A DNA stretch of 35,413 nucleotides from Gammaproteobacteria bacterium (lineage in GTDB: Bacteria > Pseudomonadota > Gammaproteobacteria > GCA-001735895). This document shows positions 1 through 8,745 of the stretch, piece after piece; position 1 is the first letter of the stretch, and each line of letters opens with the position of its first letter. Made by a program: the position numbers and the translations under genes. The notes under the pieces are model-generated. The model was not told the DNA's origin, did not search any database, and worked only from the letters and a program-made list of their open reading frames with translations. The stretch spans positions 1-35,413 of the forward strand of contig JAAEOZ010000062.1 in assembly GCA_024222685.1 (NCBI GenBank). The letters run 5' to 3'.

Positions 1-322
1 AAAGCAGCTTGTCGAAGGTTTATTACAGCAGTCACTCTCAGCCCTGGAGCTGGATCCGAAGCTCGCCGACGGCAAAGTTGTTACCAATGGCGATTATGTC
101 GGCGATGGATACGGTATCTCAACCGCCGGCATGATCGAGGCGGTGAAACGCTGCGCACAACTCGAAGGCCTGTTACTCGACCCGGTTTACACCGGCAAGG
201 CAATGGCTGGTTTAATTGACCTGTGTTCGAAAGATATGATCAAGAAGGCGAGAAATACTTTGTTTTTACATACTGGTGGCAGCCCTGGACTTTATGGTTA
301 TCGCGAAGTTTTTTCGGGATGA
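1..322 (+). CDS. D-cysteine desulfhydrase / ACC deaminase family PLP enzyme, 3' part (truncated by window edge)
   Basis: Frame is open from position 2. It contains DYVGDGYG, EGLLLDPVYTGKAMAGL and FLHTGGSPGL, which are the conserved C-terminal motifs of this family. Confidence 0.85.
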   Translation, partial: KQLVEGLLQQSLSALELDPKLADGKVVTNGDYVGDGYGISTAGMIEAVKRCAQLEGLLLDPVYTGKAMAGLIDLCSKDMIKKARNTLFLHTGGSPGLYGYREVFSG

Positions 323-384
323 AACATCGATGATCAAGGGGTCAGATTAATTGATATTCAGGCACCTTAATATTATCCTGACTA

Positions 385-645
385 TTGTCGAAATGGATAA
401 AAGTGATGACCAATCACGTTCATTTACTAGTGGCAGCTTATACAGAAGAAGGTATTGGAAAAATAAAGCCGTTTAATCAACACAAAGCCTACCGGCAATT
501 ATTTCCAAGTTACTTAACGGAAACGGATTTGAGAGATATTCGCGAAAAAATCAATAAAGGCTGGGTCCTGGGTAGTGAGGAATTCAAGCGTAAGATATAT
601 CAATTTACAAGACATCCATACTCTTTTACGGTAACATTAATTTAA
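385..645 (+). pseudogene. Degenerate HUH/Y1 (IS200-like or REP-associated tyrosine) transposase remnant
   Basis: HUH motif MTNHVHLLV, followed soon after by a C-terminal-like segment (DIREKINKGWVLGSEEFK). At 86 aa it lacks the N-terminus and middle of a full enzyme. Confidence 0.65.
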
Positions 646-735
646 ATAATGATAATAGAAACGAGCTTTTAACTCTCGAGTTTACCCTAATATGTCTTGT
701 TGAGGCTTTAGATATTGTAATGAAGGGAAATAAAA

Positions 736-1200
736 TTGGAACTTTCTTTTAGACGTTATTACTTATTTTTTCAAGCATTCGTTGCATTATTGCAAGCTTG
801 GAATATTAAAACTCGCAGTAAAATTTCCTACGTTCAATTTACCCCCTCTAATCAATTAAATAAACTTTCCCAGACTGATATAGACTATCTGGCAAAATGT
901 GCCGATTTCCTGGTGCGCTATGGAGCTATCCGCACTGGCAGAAAGTGTTTTTTTCGCGCATACATACTCGGCTCTGTGTTACGTAAGTGGGGTATACCAG
1001 TCATTTTGAATGTGGGTTTATACAATTTAATTGGAGACTGTAAAAGACGCGGGCATTGTTGGCTTACCCTAAACGGTCATATATTTGCTGATTCTTCAAC
1101 CAAAGTGGATATTTATAAAACCCGGCTAGGGTCAGGTAGCAACGGCATTTGTTATTGGTATGGAGACTTGAAAACACCATCTTCTAATATCTATTGCTAG
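736..1200 (+). CDS. Lasso-peptide B2-type leader peptidase (transglutaminase-like cysteine protease)
   Basis: KCFFRAYILGSVLRKWGIPVILNVG...GHCWLTLNG matches the B2 pattern CLxRS...G(I/V)...HAW. TTG start with GAAGGG upstream. Adjacent to an RRE gene. Confidence 0.85.
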   Translation: MELSFRRYYLFFQAFVALLQAWNIKTRSKISYVQFTPSNQLNKLSQTDIDYLAKCADFLVRYGAIRTGRKCFFRAYILGSVLRKWGIPVILNVGLYNLIGDCKRRGHCWLTLNGHIFADSSTKVDIYKTRLGSGSNGICYWYGDLKTPSSNIYC

Positions 1201-1215
1201 TAGAACTACGGAAAT

Positions 1216-1506
1216 ATGAAAACCTTTGCTCTAAATCATACGCAATATGTTCCCAGCACAAAACTGACATGGCGCGAAGTTCATGGTGAATTAGTAGCGA
1301 TAGATGTTAATAGCGGTGAGTACCATGTTTTTAATGCGATAGGAAAACTTATTTGGTTGTCCATTGATGAAGGATGTACCGCTCCCGAAATTCTAACTCA
1401 AATTGAAATGGAATATATTGTTAATAAAGAAACTGCACTAGCCGATTTAAATGAATTTTTAGGTGATTTATGTGATCGAGGGTTATTAATAAATAACTCT
1501 CAATAA
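1216..1506 (+). CDS. PqqD-family RiPP recognition element (lasso B1-like)
   Basis: 96 aa with the pattern WREVHGELVAID..SGEYHVFNAIGKLIWLSID...EY.V....A..DL.EFL..L...GLL, typical of the PqqD/RRE fold. Confidence 0.9.
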   Translation: MKTFALNHTQYVPSTKLTWREVHGELVAIDVNSGEYHVFNAIGKLIWLSIDEGCTAPEILTQIEMEYIVNKETALADLNEFLGDLCDRGLLINNSQ

Positions 1507-1615
1507 ATATCAATCTTATAGAGGAATTAATTCCTGTTTATTATGTGTCGCTATCTAGTAATTCAATTAAACGGTTATTAACGGCCATGAATGACCCACT
1601 AATGAGGAAATAAAA

Positions 1616-1780
1616 ATGAAAGAAATTAAAAATGATAAGTTAGTAATCCTGGATTCACAAAAAATAGAGGAAAAATCTGAGGAATTACAAAAACCGTACG
1701 TTGCACCAAAATGCGATACCCATAATCCGTTAAAAATAATGAGTGCCTGGCAAGATAATTCTTCAGAATTAGAATTTTAA
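1616..1780 (+). CDS. RiPP precursor peptide, 54 aa: MKEIKNDKLVILDSQKIEEKSEELQKPYVAPKCDTHNPLKIMSA-WQDNSSELEF
   Basis: Translated by hand; too short for the ORF track. RBS GAGGA at 1604-1608, ATG at 1616, TAA at 1778-1780. Carries the YxxP RRE-binding motif (KPYVAPK) and lies between the RRE and kinase genes. Confidence 0.85.
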   Translation: MKEIKNDKLVILDSQKIEEKSEELQKPYVAPKCDTHNPLKIMSAWQDNSSELEF

Positions 1781-1840
1781 ATATTTTGTTAGGCTGTTTA
1801 ATGTCACGTATTTTTTCGAAGCGTCACTAGTAAGCTGCGA

Positions 1841-1859
1841 AGGCTAATTTTATTAGCCT
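1841..1859 (+). terminator. Stem-loop downstream of the precursor gene (partial terminator or mRNA stabiliser)
   Basis: AGGCTAAT-TTT-ATTAGCCT is a perfect 8-bp inverted repeat about 60 nt after the precursor stop. There is no long U-tract. Confidence 0.45.
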
Positions 1860-1970
1860 CGAAGTTTGCCTGGAAATACCAATAAGTGAATTTTTTCAGG
1901 GTTAACTTATTATTGTCTTATATAGATTTCTCCTGGTAAGTAACAGTTTGCCCAGGTCAGTTGCTTGCTA

Positions 1971-2966
1971 ATGACATCGTACAAACTTCCGGGTATTACT
2001 CTATCCATACAGGCTACCTCACCGAGAGTGGAAAAAGCTTTAAAAAGTATATTTAATGAGTGTCAAGAAACACACCAAGAAGCAGATATGATTTTGAGAG
2101 GGAATGGAATCCAAAATCATGAGATTATTGATTATTTACCTGACTGGATTATTAAACGACTGCCGCATTTAGACGTGCGGATGGATCCTATTATGCTTTA
2201 TAGCCCAGAAAATCAGGCAGCAGCTATTGGGAAAATTGGTGATTCATTATATTGTGCCTGGAATTCAATAGCCGGTACATCTGTTAATTTTGTCTGTACT
2301 ATCGATAATCAGAATAGCTCTTATGGCTTATTCCATCCAGTATTAATACCTGTTTTACGAGAAGCATTCTTAATGCACGGACTTTTGATGCTTCATAGCG
2401 CCGGAGTAAGTTGTCCCAACGGGGTTGGTGCTTTAATTATTGCAATCAGTGGTGGAGGTAAAACCACAACTGCTCTCTCTATGGTTCGCATTAATGCAAA
2501 GCTGATTGCAGATGATTTGATAGTATTAAATCCTTTAACGACATCACTTCAGGCAGAGGGCATTCCTAAGTTATTAAATTTAAAGATGGAGACAATCGGA
2601 TTTTTTGAAGAGTTAAAAGCATTGCCAAATTCTTCGTTTACCAAAAAACATAGATATAAAAAGTCAGTTTCTGCAATTAAAGTTTATGGCAATAATTGCA
2701 TGAAATCCTTAGCTAATATTCACGTCGTCTATTTTGTAAAGGTATCACCTGACGGCCCAGCAGTTACACGTTTAACAGTTGCTGATTCTTTAAATCGTTT
2801 AGCGCTAGCACATAGCTTTAGTCGCAACCAGAGACTCGATAGCAGATCTATTAGTGGTTTAACTGAAGCATTAAGCCTAGTGGAAGCTTATGAACTAACA
2901 ACCGGACCAAATCCCGACAGATTGGGAAAATGGTTAATGCAACATTGTTGCAACCATAAAATATGA
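1971..2966 (+). CDS. HPr-kinase-related Ser/Thr kinase (RiPP tailoring kinase)
   Basis: LHSAGV (conserved His), Walker A-like ISGGGKTT and LIADDLIVL (DD motif) are the HprK-family signature. Start is ATG 1971 or TTG 1965. Confidence 0.85.
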   Translation: MTSYKLPGITLSIQATSPRVEKALKSIFNECQETHQEADMILRGNGIQNHEIIDYLPDWIIKRLPHLDVRMDPIMLYSPENQAAAIGKIGDSLYCAWNSIAGTSVNFVCTIDNQNSSYGLFHPVLIPVLREAFLMHGLLMLHSAGVSCPNGVGALIIAISGGGKTTTALSMVRINAKLIADDLIVLNPLTTSLQAEGIPKLLNLKMETIGFFEELKALPNSSFTKKHRYKKSVSAIKVYGNNCMKSLANIHVVYFVKVSPDGPAVTRLTVADSLNRLALAHSFSRNQRLDSRSISGLTEALSLVEAYELTTGPNPDRLGKWLMQHCCNHKI

Positions 2967-4021
2967 AAAAAAACGTCACTGATAGTTGTGAAAGAAAATT
3001 TGTCTGCGACATGCTGCGTGCCTTTATCGATAAAGAAACGAATAAAGCGATCGTTTCAGAACTTACCTTACCTAAAAATATAAACTGGAATTTATTGGAA
3101 GCAGTAGCCGCTAGAAATGGTTTAATTGCGATTTTACAATCCATGATTGATCCCTCCTGTATCCCCATGCGACATAAGGAAAAATGGATGCGTTATTCTG
3201 TTCAGACTTTATTTAGTTACACACAGTCAGAAAAAGTAGCGGCAAATTTTTTTGGAATTTTGAATGAGGAGGGCATACCAGCCGTTGCAATGCGCGGTAT
3301 GGCGTTGTCACAATGGGTGTATTCCGACCCGATTTTTAGGCCCATGGTTGACATTGATATACTCGTTCCTTCCGATGTTAGATATGATTTTGTAGCTAAT
3401 CTTGAAAAACACGGACTAAGGTGTAAAAGAACTTTGCGTAGCCAGTTTGTATATGAAATAGACAATATAAAAATTGAAGTACACTGGTCTTTTCTTACCC
3501 CTAAACGCTATCGTGCTTCAGCTAATTTTGATAGATGGCTTGATACTCGCCAGGAATTTGTAACCAAATCAGGTGCCATTTATTGTTTTTCCCCGGAAAA
3601 TGAATTATTAGATTTAGTGTGCCATGCGTTTATTCATCATGAACTTGATACATTACTTAAATTAACGGATATTGCGTTGGTGGCGAGTTACAAAAATCTG
3701 GATTGGGGTTATATTAATCAATGGTGTGAAGAAGCTTCGATGACAAGACTCTTCGCTATCACATTGGGCCTTATTGATCATTTATTTGGTCTTTCTTTTT
3801 TGAATAATTTGACCCAAAAAAACACACGATCAAATTATTCGGTTAAGTTTTATAAAGCCTATTCTGCTCGGTTTTTCCAGACTGACACAGTTACTGATCT
3901 ATTTCGCCGTAAACGGGCACTGCTATATGCTGCTGAAACTATCGATATAAAAATAAAACAGCTAATACGCTTTTTAAGTATCGACCAATTTTCAGAGCTA
4001 ATCAAAATAACAAAAGCTTGA
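2963..4021 (+). CDS. Nucleotidyltransferase family protein (NTP_transf_5-like)
   Basis: MRGMALSQWVY...RPMVDIDILV, IEVHW and H..H...L.DI match this family. Overlaps the kinase stop by 4 nt. Confidence 0.85.
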   Translation: MKKNVTDSCERKFVCDMLRAFIDKETNKAIVSELTLPKNINWNLLEAVAARNGLIAILQSMIDPSCIPMRHKEKWMRYSVQTLFSYTQSEKVAANFFGILNEEGIPAVAMRGMALSQWVYSDPIFRPMVDIDILVPSDVRYDFVANLEKHGLRCKRTLRSQFVYEIDNIKIEVHWSFLTPKRYRASANFDRWLDTRQEFVTKSGAIYCFSPENELLDLVCHAFIHHELDTLLKLTDIALVASYKNLDWGYINQWCEEASMTRLFAITLGLIDHLFGLSFLNNLTQKNTRSNYSVKFYKAYSARFFQTDTVTDLFRRKRALLYAAETIDIKIKQLIRFLSIDQFSELIKITKA

Positions 4022-4064
4022 GTAAATAAAAGAATGCAGGGATCTAATCGCTCGCCGTCATCGG

Positions 4065-4296
4065 CAACAATCCAGCTTTCGGTTCTACAGTCTATATGAC
4101 AAGGTCTATCGGGATGACGTACTGCAACACGCCTACGATCTGGTCAGGAAAAATAGAGATAGTGGATGGCCCACTGTTGAGTCTACTGAGGCAATGGCTA
4201 AAAGTGCGGGTCGTCCAGGTAGAAAAAGGCAGGGAGATGTGTAGGTGGCGGCAAGAAGGCTCGAAAAGGTCCACCGCAAGTGGTATCAACGTCTAA
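4065..4296 (+). pseudogene. Degenerate group II intron reverse transcriptase/maturase fragment
   Basis: Frame from 4077 reads FRFYSLYDKVYRDDVLQHAYDLVRKNR (RT0 region). Another frame reads IVDGPLLSLLRQWLK, and a decayed KGPPQ resembles GTPQGG. Internally deleted and frameshifted. Confidence 0.75.
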
Positions 4297-4408
4297 TTAT
4301 CTCAGGTCGGACCTGAATAACTCATTGATTCCACATGTAGATCATCTCCGGAAACGATACTGTAACGTGCTGACTGTTCACGTTTCGTACGGACATCAGA
4401 GCAAAAAA

Positions 4409-5002
4409 TCAGGGGCTGTGTTGTGTTTCCGATTGATTTAGTGAACTAACCAGAACTGCGCTGGGACTGACAATACAGACTTCGCGGCACAGGCCGCAAC
4501 CGACGCAGATTTCCTGGTCGATAACAGGTCTGGTCATCTCCCACCTGAGCGCGCCCGGAACTGGGCAGGCATATTCACAGGCGCCGCATTCGGGTCCGCT
4601 ATAGGGCAGGCAGGTCTCGGTATCAATTGTTACCAGCGCCAGTCGTGGTAAATCGGATTCGGTATTCTTTTCGCTTTTGGCTATTTGCAGAGCTTCAGTT
4701 TCACAGGCATTAACGCAGGGCCAGTCTTCGCAGAGATGGCAACCGACATTGAGCAGGTCTAGCGCCGGAGTGCCCGCTGCCTGGACATCAAATTGGCCGG
4801 AAAGATTAAAGATAACATCGTGTGGGCAGGCCTCGATGCAGGCATCACAGCGCGTGCAGTTGAGCAGGAAATTCAGTTCATCCTGCGCGTAAGGCGGTCG
4901 AATCCAGTGGCGCGCTTTTTGTTTGACCTTATGATCGATGTGCTTGACGACTTCCTCGGCCGAGCGTCGAAAAGTATTTTTAAAGAAAGTTCGACGGTCC
5001 AT
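4409..5002 (-). CDS. NapF/NapG-like multi-[4Fe-4S] ferredoxin
   Basis: Start MDRRTFFK at 5002 overlaps the upstream stop (TAATG). Contains IRPPYA, CTRCDACIEACP, CHLCEDWPCVNAC, CGACEYACP and CVGCGLCREVC. Confidence 0.8.
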   Translation of the reverse strand: MDRRTFFKNTFRRSAEEVVKHIDHKVKQKARHWIRPPYAQDELNFLLNCTRCDACIEACPHDVIFNLSGQFDVQAAGTPALDLLNVGCHLCEDWPCVNACETEALQIAKSEKNTESDLPRLALVTIDTETCLPYSGPECGACEYACPVPGALRWEMTRPVIDQEICVGCGLCREVCIVSPSAVLVSSLNQSETQHSP

Positions 5003-6537
5003 TACATCCTCATGATCATAGGTTGCATCAACATCCACAGGTGGAATGACATGATCGTCACCACAAATAATAATATCGGTGATAAACGAAACCCCCACAG
5101 ATTTTGTGCTTCACCTGAGAGGAGTTTGTGGCCACGATTGCGGATGATTTGTAGAGAGACGATGAATCCGAAGATCATTAAAGCAGTTTGCACTAAATAC
5201 AGGAGATCCTGCGATAGCCACATTTGCATATGGCGTTGATGTTTCTCCATCATGGTAAGCGGTAGTGTTCCGTTGCCCAACGGATTGGTAATGACTGCCC
5301 ACAGGTTGCCCCCTTCGCGAATCAGATGATTCAGGTTGTGCGCCATGTGATAGGAGAATGCCAATGGCAGCGCGACGAATGCCATTTCGGCGAAGCAACG
5401 CCTAAACTCCAGTTGGGTTTTCGCCAGATAACGTGTCAGTGATATCAGCAGGCTATACAGGCCCGCGACGATTGCCAGGCATAGCAGCAGTCCGATGCTG
5501 AAGCTCCATAGCAAGCGGCCGGAATCACCAATCAAACGGGCAAGACTTTTCATCCAGTCTTCCCAGAACGGCATCATGGTAATGCCGTGAAACGCGGTCA
5601 ATGCCAGTAGGCCTAGCATGAACCAGGCTTCGTCCCAGTGCGGGCGGCCGCTGTGTATGGCTTCGACACTGGGTGAACGCAGGCGCCAGGCGATATTCTG
5701 CTGTGGACAACTGAGCGAACAATTGCCGCATGATGTGCAATAACTATTCTGATTCAGACGCCCCATCACCAGCCAGGTGGGGCAGGCATCGATCGTTTCG
5801 TTACCGTGGTAGCATTCCAGGGTTTTACAATCGGCACATATTTGCGGCTCAATCGGGCGCAGCTCAACCGTCGCCAGTTGTGAGTAAACGCCGACCGTGC
5901 GACCCACCGGGCAAAAGTTTCGACAAAATGCCTTGCGTTGAAACAGGGCCAGAGAAATCGTCGCCAGTACAACCATGAGCAATGCAACAACCGCGGTGGC
6001 GTAGGGGTTGATGGTAATACCCACGCCGAGCTCGAGCCAGGTCAGGCCGATGAATAAAATCAATGCGGGCCAGACATTATTGAGATAGCGCGGCACACGC
6101 CAGTTCAGACTGTTGTTGGGTTCGGCGCGTTTCCACAGGCGACGACGCACCAGCCAGTGCGCGATGGCGTCCCAGGGGCAAACTGAACACCAGGCGGAGC
6201 CGAACACGAAAATAGAAAATACCAGTGCCGACCACCACAGATTCCAGGTCACGACGGTGGCGAAATTCCGCTCGGCGACAGGCGTACCAGACAGGCCGGC
6301 AATAATCACGGTGAGGAAAAATAACACCATGAGCAATTTTAGCGACAACAATACCCAGACACTGGTGGCGATACGTTGAATTACCCCGCCGACGAGGGGT
6401 GTGCGGGTCAAATTGTAAACCAGGGTATGTCGTTTGCCGGGAACCGGAAACACACAGGCTAGCACGAGGAATACGATCATCGATGCGAAAATGAATATTG
6501 CCCACGACAGTGGTAAACCGGGGTGCGTCATCGTCAT
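5002..6537 (-). CDS. Polytopic membrane [4Fe-4S]-binding protein (NapH/FixG/FtrD-like)
   Basis: About ten hydrophobic segments with WCSVCPW, FCRNFCPVG, CADCKTLEC and CTSCGNCSLSCP. Confidence 0.75.
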   Translation of the reverse strand: MTMTHPGLPLSWAIFIFASMIVFLVLACVFPVPGKRHTLVYNLTRTPLVGGVIQRIATSVWVLLSLKLLMVLFFLTVIIAGLSGTPVAERNFATVVTWNLWWSALVFSIFVFGSAWCSVCPWDAIAHWLVRRRLWKRAEPNNSLNWRVPRYLNNVWPALILFIGLTWLELGVGITINPYATAVVALLMVVLATISLALFQRKAFCRNFCPVGRTVGVYSQLATVELRPIEPQICADCKTLECYHGNETIDACPTWLVMGRLNQNSYCTSCGNCSLSCPQQNIAWRLRSPSVEAIHSGRPHWDEAWFMLGLLALTAFHGITMMPFWEDWMKSLARLIGDSGRLLWSFSIGLLLCLAIVAGLYSLLISLTRYLAKTQLEFRRCFAEMAFVALPLAFSYHMAHNLNHLIREGGNLWAVITNPLGNGTLPLTMMEKHQRHMQMWLSQDLLYLVQTALMIFGFIVSLQIIRNRGHKLLSGEAQNLWGFRLSPILLFVVTIMSFHLWMLMQPMIMRM

Positions 6538-6540
6538 GGA

Positions 6541-7131
6541 TTATTCCGGCGCTATCGGTTTCGACGGCCTGTCGCTTTGTATCTTCGCGCGCGTTAAACG
6601 TTTGCGTTGCACTATGCTGACAGTAATCAGTACTAATACGATGATACCGACTGCAATACCCAGTGGCCCCACAGGCAACGGATTACCGACACTCATCGGG
6701 AAGTCAATGCTATAAGCTTGGTTATCGGCGACAAATTCAGCGGTGATAATATAGTTACCTTCTTGCTGAAAAACAAAACCCTGCCGATAAACGCTGTCAT
6801 CGAGCACCTGCGCACCGAGTTTTTCTTGCTGGTTGGAAAACCAGCTGTCGTCTTTAACCCTGAAAGTCACATCGGTATTGAGCGGCTCACCGTTATCCAG
6901 GTGGGCAGCGTAAAAATGGATACGACCCGCTTCGTTGGGTTTGGGAAATGCCGGGTAAACCATTGCGGTAACAAAATAGTTGCCGATCTGGGTTTCGATA
7001 TTCATGCTCGGCGGCGTGTTCGAATCTTCATTCAGGCTATAGGACGGACGGCCGAGCACGTGATGCGAAAATGCCTGCGCCGATAGCAGCGCAGTCACCA
7101 GAAATAAAAGAAATTGTCGTGAATGGTTCAT
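6541..7131 (-). CDS. Hypothetical exported, C-terminally membrane-anchored protein (~196 aa)
   Basis: ATG at 7131 overlaps the upstream TGA. Signal peptide ends AQAFS, mature part begins HHVLGRP, and there is a C-terminal TM helix with a basic tail. Confidence 0.7.
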   Translation of the reverse strand: MNHSRQFLLFLVTALLSAQAFSHHVLGRPSYSLNEDSNTPPSMNIETQIGNYFVTAMVYPAFPKPNEAGRIHFYAAHLDNGEPLNTDVTFRVKDDSWFSNQQEKLGAQVLDDSVYRQGFVFQQEGNYIITAEFVADNQAYSIDFPMSVGNPLPVGPLGIAVGIIVLVLITVSIVQRKRLTRAKIQSDRPSKPIAPE

Positions 7132-7745
7132 GCCTGGCTCGCCGAGTGTGCCGCAATCGTACCGCGAGATCGTTCGACTATCCAGATGGGTAAACTGGGA
7201 TGAGGGCAGACTTCGACACAAAGCCCGCAACCGACACAGCCTTTTTGTACCACCGGTTGATACTGATTCCACTGTTTGAAATTGATGCCGCGTTCACCGA
7301 GCGGACAAATACTGACACAGGCACCACAGATACCCCGGTCGACCCATGGGTAACAGGCGCTACGATCGATTTGTGCGATCCCCATATCGATTGCTTCACG
7401 AGCCACCAGGGTTAGTGCTTCGGTGGGGCAGACCTCCATGCACTTGTTACACAGAATGCAGGCTTTGTTTTCGGGGTCGATGTAGGGCGTGCTGACCTGC
7501 GCCCCGCCATCTCGCTGATGAAAGCGAATACAACGCGGTGGGCAGATTTCGCCACAAAGGCCACAACCGATACATGCAGCGACAAAAGCACTATCGTCCT
7601 TTAACGCGCCAGGAGGGCGTAAATGTTTTTTGTTGTCAATCTTAACCGCTGGCGTCATTACCCGGCTGATTACCATAGGCATCGATGCGGACGCCAACAT
7701 GCCGAATGTATAAACCAGCCACTGCGATACGCTACGACGGCGCAT
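7128..7745 (-). CDS. NapG/MauM-type ferredoxin (second copy)
   Basis: Probable start MRRRSVSQW at 7745. Contains LRPPGA, CIGCGLCGEICP, CILCNKCMEVCP, CGACVSICP and CVGCGLCVEVCP. Confidence 0.8.
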   Translation of the reverse strand: MRRRSVSQWLVYTFGMLASASMPMVISRVMTPAVKIDNKKHLRPPGALKDDSAFVAACIGCGLCGEICPPRCIRFHQRDGGAQVSTPYIDPENKACILCNKCMEVCPTEALTLVAREAIDMGIAQIDRSACYPWVDRGICGACVSICPLGERGINFKQWNQYQPVVQKGCVGCGLCVEVCPHPSLPIWIVERSRGTIAAHSASQA

Positions 7746-8745
7746 GACTGGTTTGTTCCTCCTGCGCCTGACGTCGATATAGCTGACCGAGTTGTCCGGG
7801 ACCCTGAAAAGCAATATCTTTTGGTGAGATGTAAAACGTCATCGCATCGGTTGGGCAGACCGCTATGCAGGCGCAGCAGTTATTGCATTCCTGGCCAAAG
7901 TCATCCCGTAATGGATCGAGGCCAAATTCGCATATGGCGGTACATTTGGCACAATCGTTACAGCTTTCGACGATACGTTTGATTCGAAACATGCGATAGC
8001 GCCCGATTAATGAATATAGCGCGCCGCCGGGGCAAAGATAGCGGCAAAACCCGCGCCGCGCGACGAGCAGGTCGAACAACAGGGTAATCAGAAAATAAAC
8101 TATCCCGGAACCGAAACCACCGAGCGCAATCGCGTAATAAATTTCTCGGCCGATCACCGCTGGCGGATAAATCGCCGCAAACACGACCGAACCCGAGGCC
8201 ATTGCAACCACCAGTCCGAGTATTAACACGATATATTTAAGTCGTAAGTCGAATTGTCTGCGCCCTGTACGAAATCCGGCCTTTTGTAATATCGCCGCGA
8301 GGTTGGTATTGAGTTCGTATAACAGTGTTGCCGGACAAATCCATCCACAAAAAAAGCGGCCAAAAATGGCGGTTAACAGCACGGGCAGGAGTGCGGTGAG
8401 CAGGAAGGGCCAGAAAATTTTCAGTCCGCTGGCAATCTGCCCAATTACCGCCAAAGGGTCGCTGAGTTGAAAACTCCAGAAAGTACCCGACCAGGTATTG
8501 CCTTTTACCGCATCGAGCTGCTTTTCAGGATCCGATACAAATGGCCTGGTGAGGTTTTCCATGGCATCGTAGAACTGCTTTTCTCCCGGTGCGAGCAGGT
8601 CATAGGCATGCGCCGCGATATAGGTTTGATAGAGATGGATAGTGGGAATCAGCAGCAGCATCAAAAAGACTACCGACAGGCTCAGCCAGCGCAGCTTGTT
8701 TAAGTGCTTCCACAGGGAAAACGGTTTCAGCGGGGAATTGGGCAT
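7732..8745 (-). CDS. napH: NapH/MauN-type ferredoxin membrane protein (quinol dehydrogenase subunit)
   Basis: LSDPLA, FGRFFCGWICP, RRGFCRYLCPGGALY, CNDCAKCTAIC and CNNCCACIAVCP. Start 8745 overlaps the upstream TAA. Confidence 0.8.
   Translation of the reverse strand: MPNSPLKPFSLWKHLNKLRWLSLSVVFLMLLLIPTIHLYQTYIAAHAYDLLAPGEKQFYDAMENLTRPFVSDPEKQLDAVKGNTWSGTFWSFQLSDPLAVIGQIASGLKIFWPFLLTALLPVLLTAIFGRFFCGWICPATLLYELNTNLAAILQKAGFRTGRRQFDLRLKYIVLILGLVVAMASGSVVFAAIYPPAVIGREIYYAIALGGFGSGIVYFLITLLFDLLVARRGFCRYLCPGGALYSLIGRYRMFRIKRIVESCNDCAKCTAICEFGLDPLRDDFGQECNNCCACIAVCPTDAMTFYISPKDIAFQGPGQLGQLYRRQAQEEQTSHAPS

Noticed and set aside
1216-1506. PQQ biosynthesis gene pqqD
   Set aside because: No pqqA/B/C/E nearby; the context is lasso-type B1/B2.
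736-4021. Calling this a standard lasso peptide cluster
   Set aside because: No cyclase in the window, and the predicted core is too short to thread.
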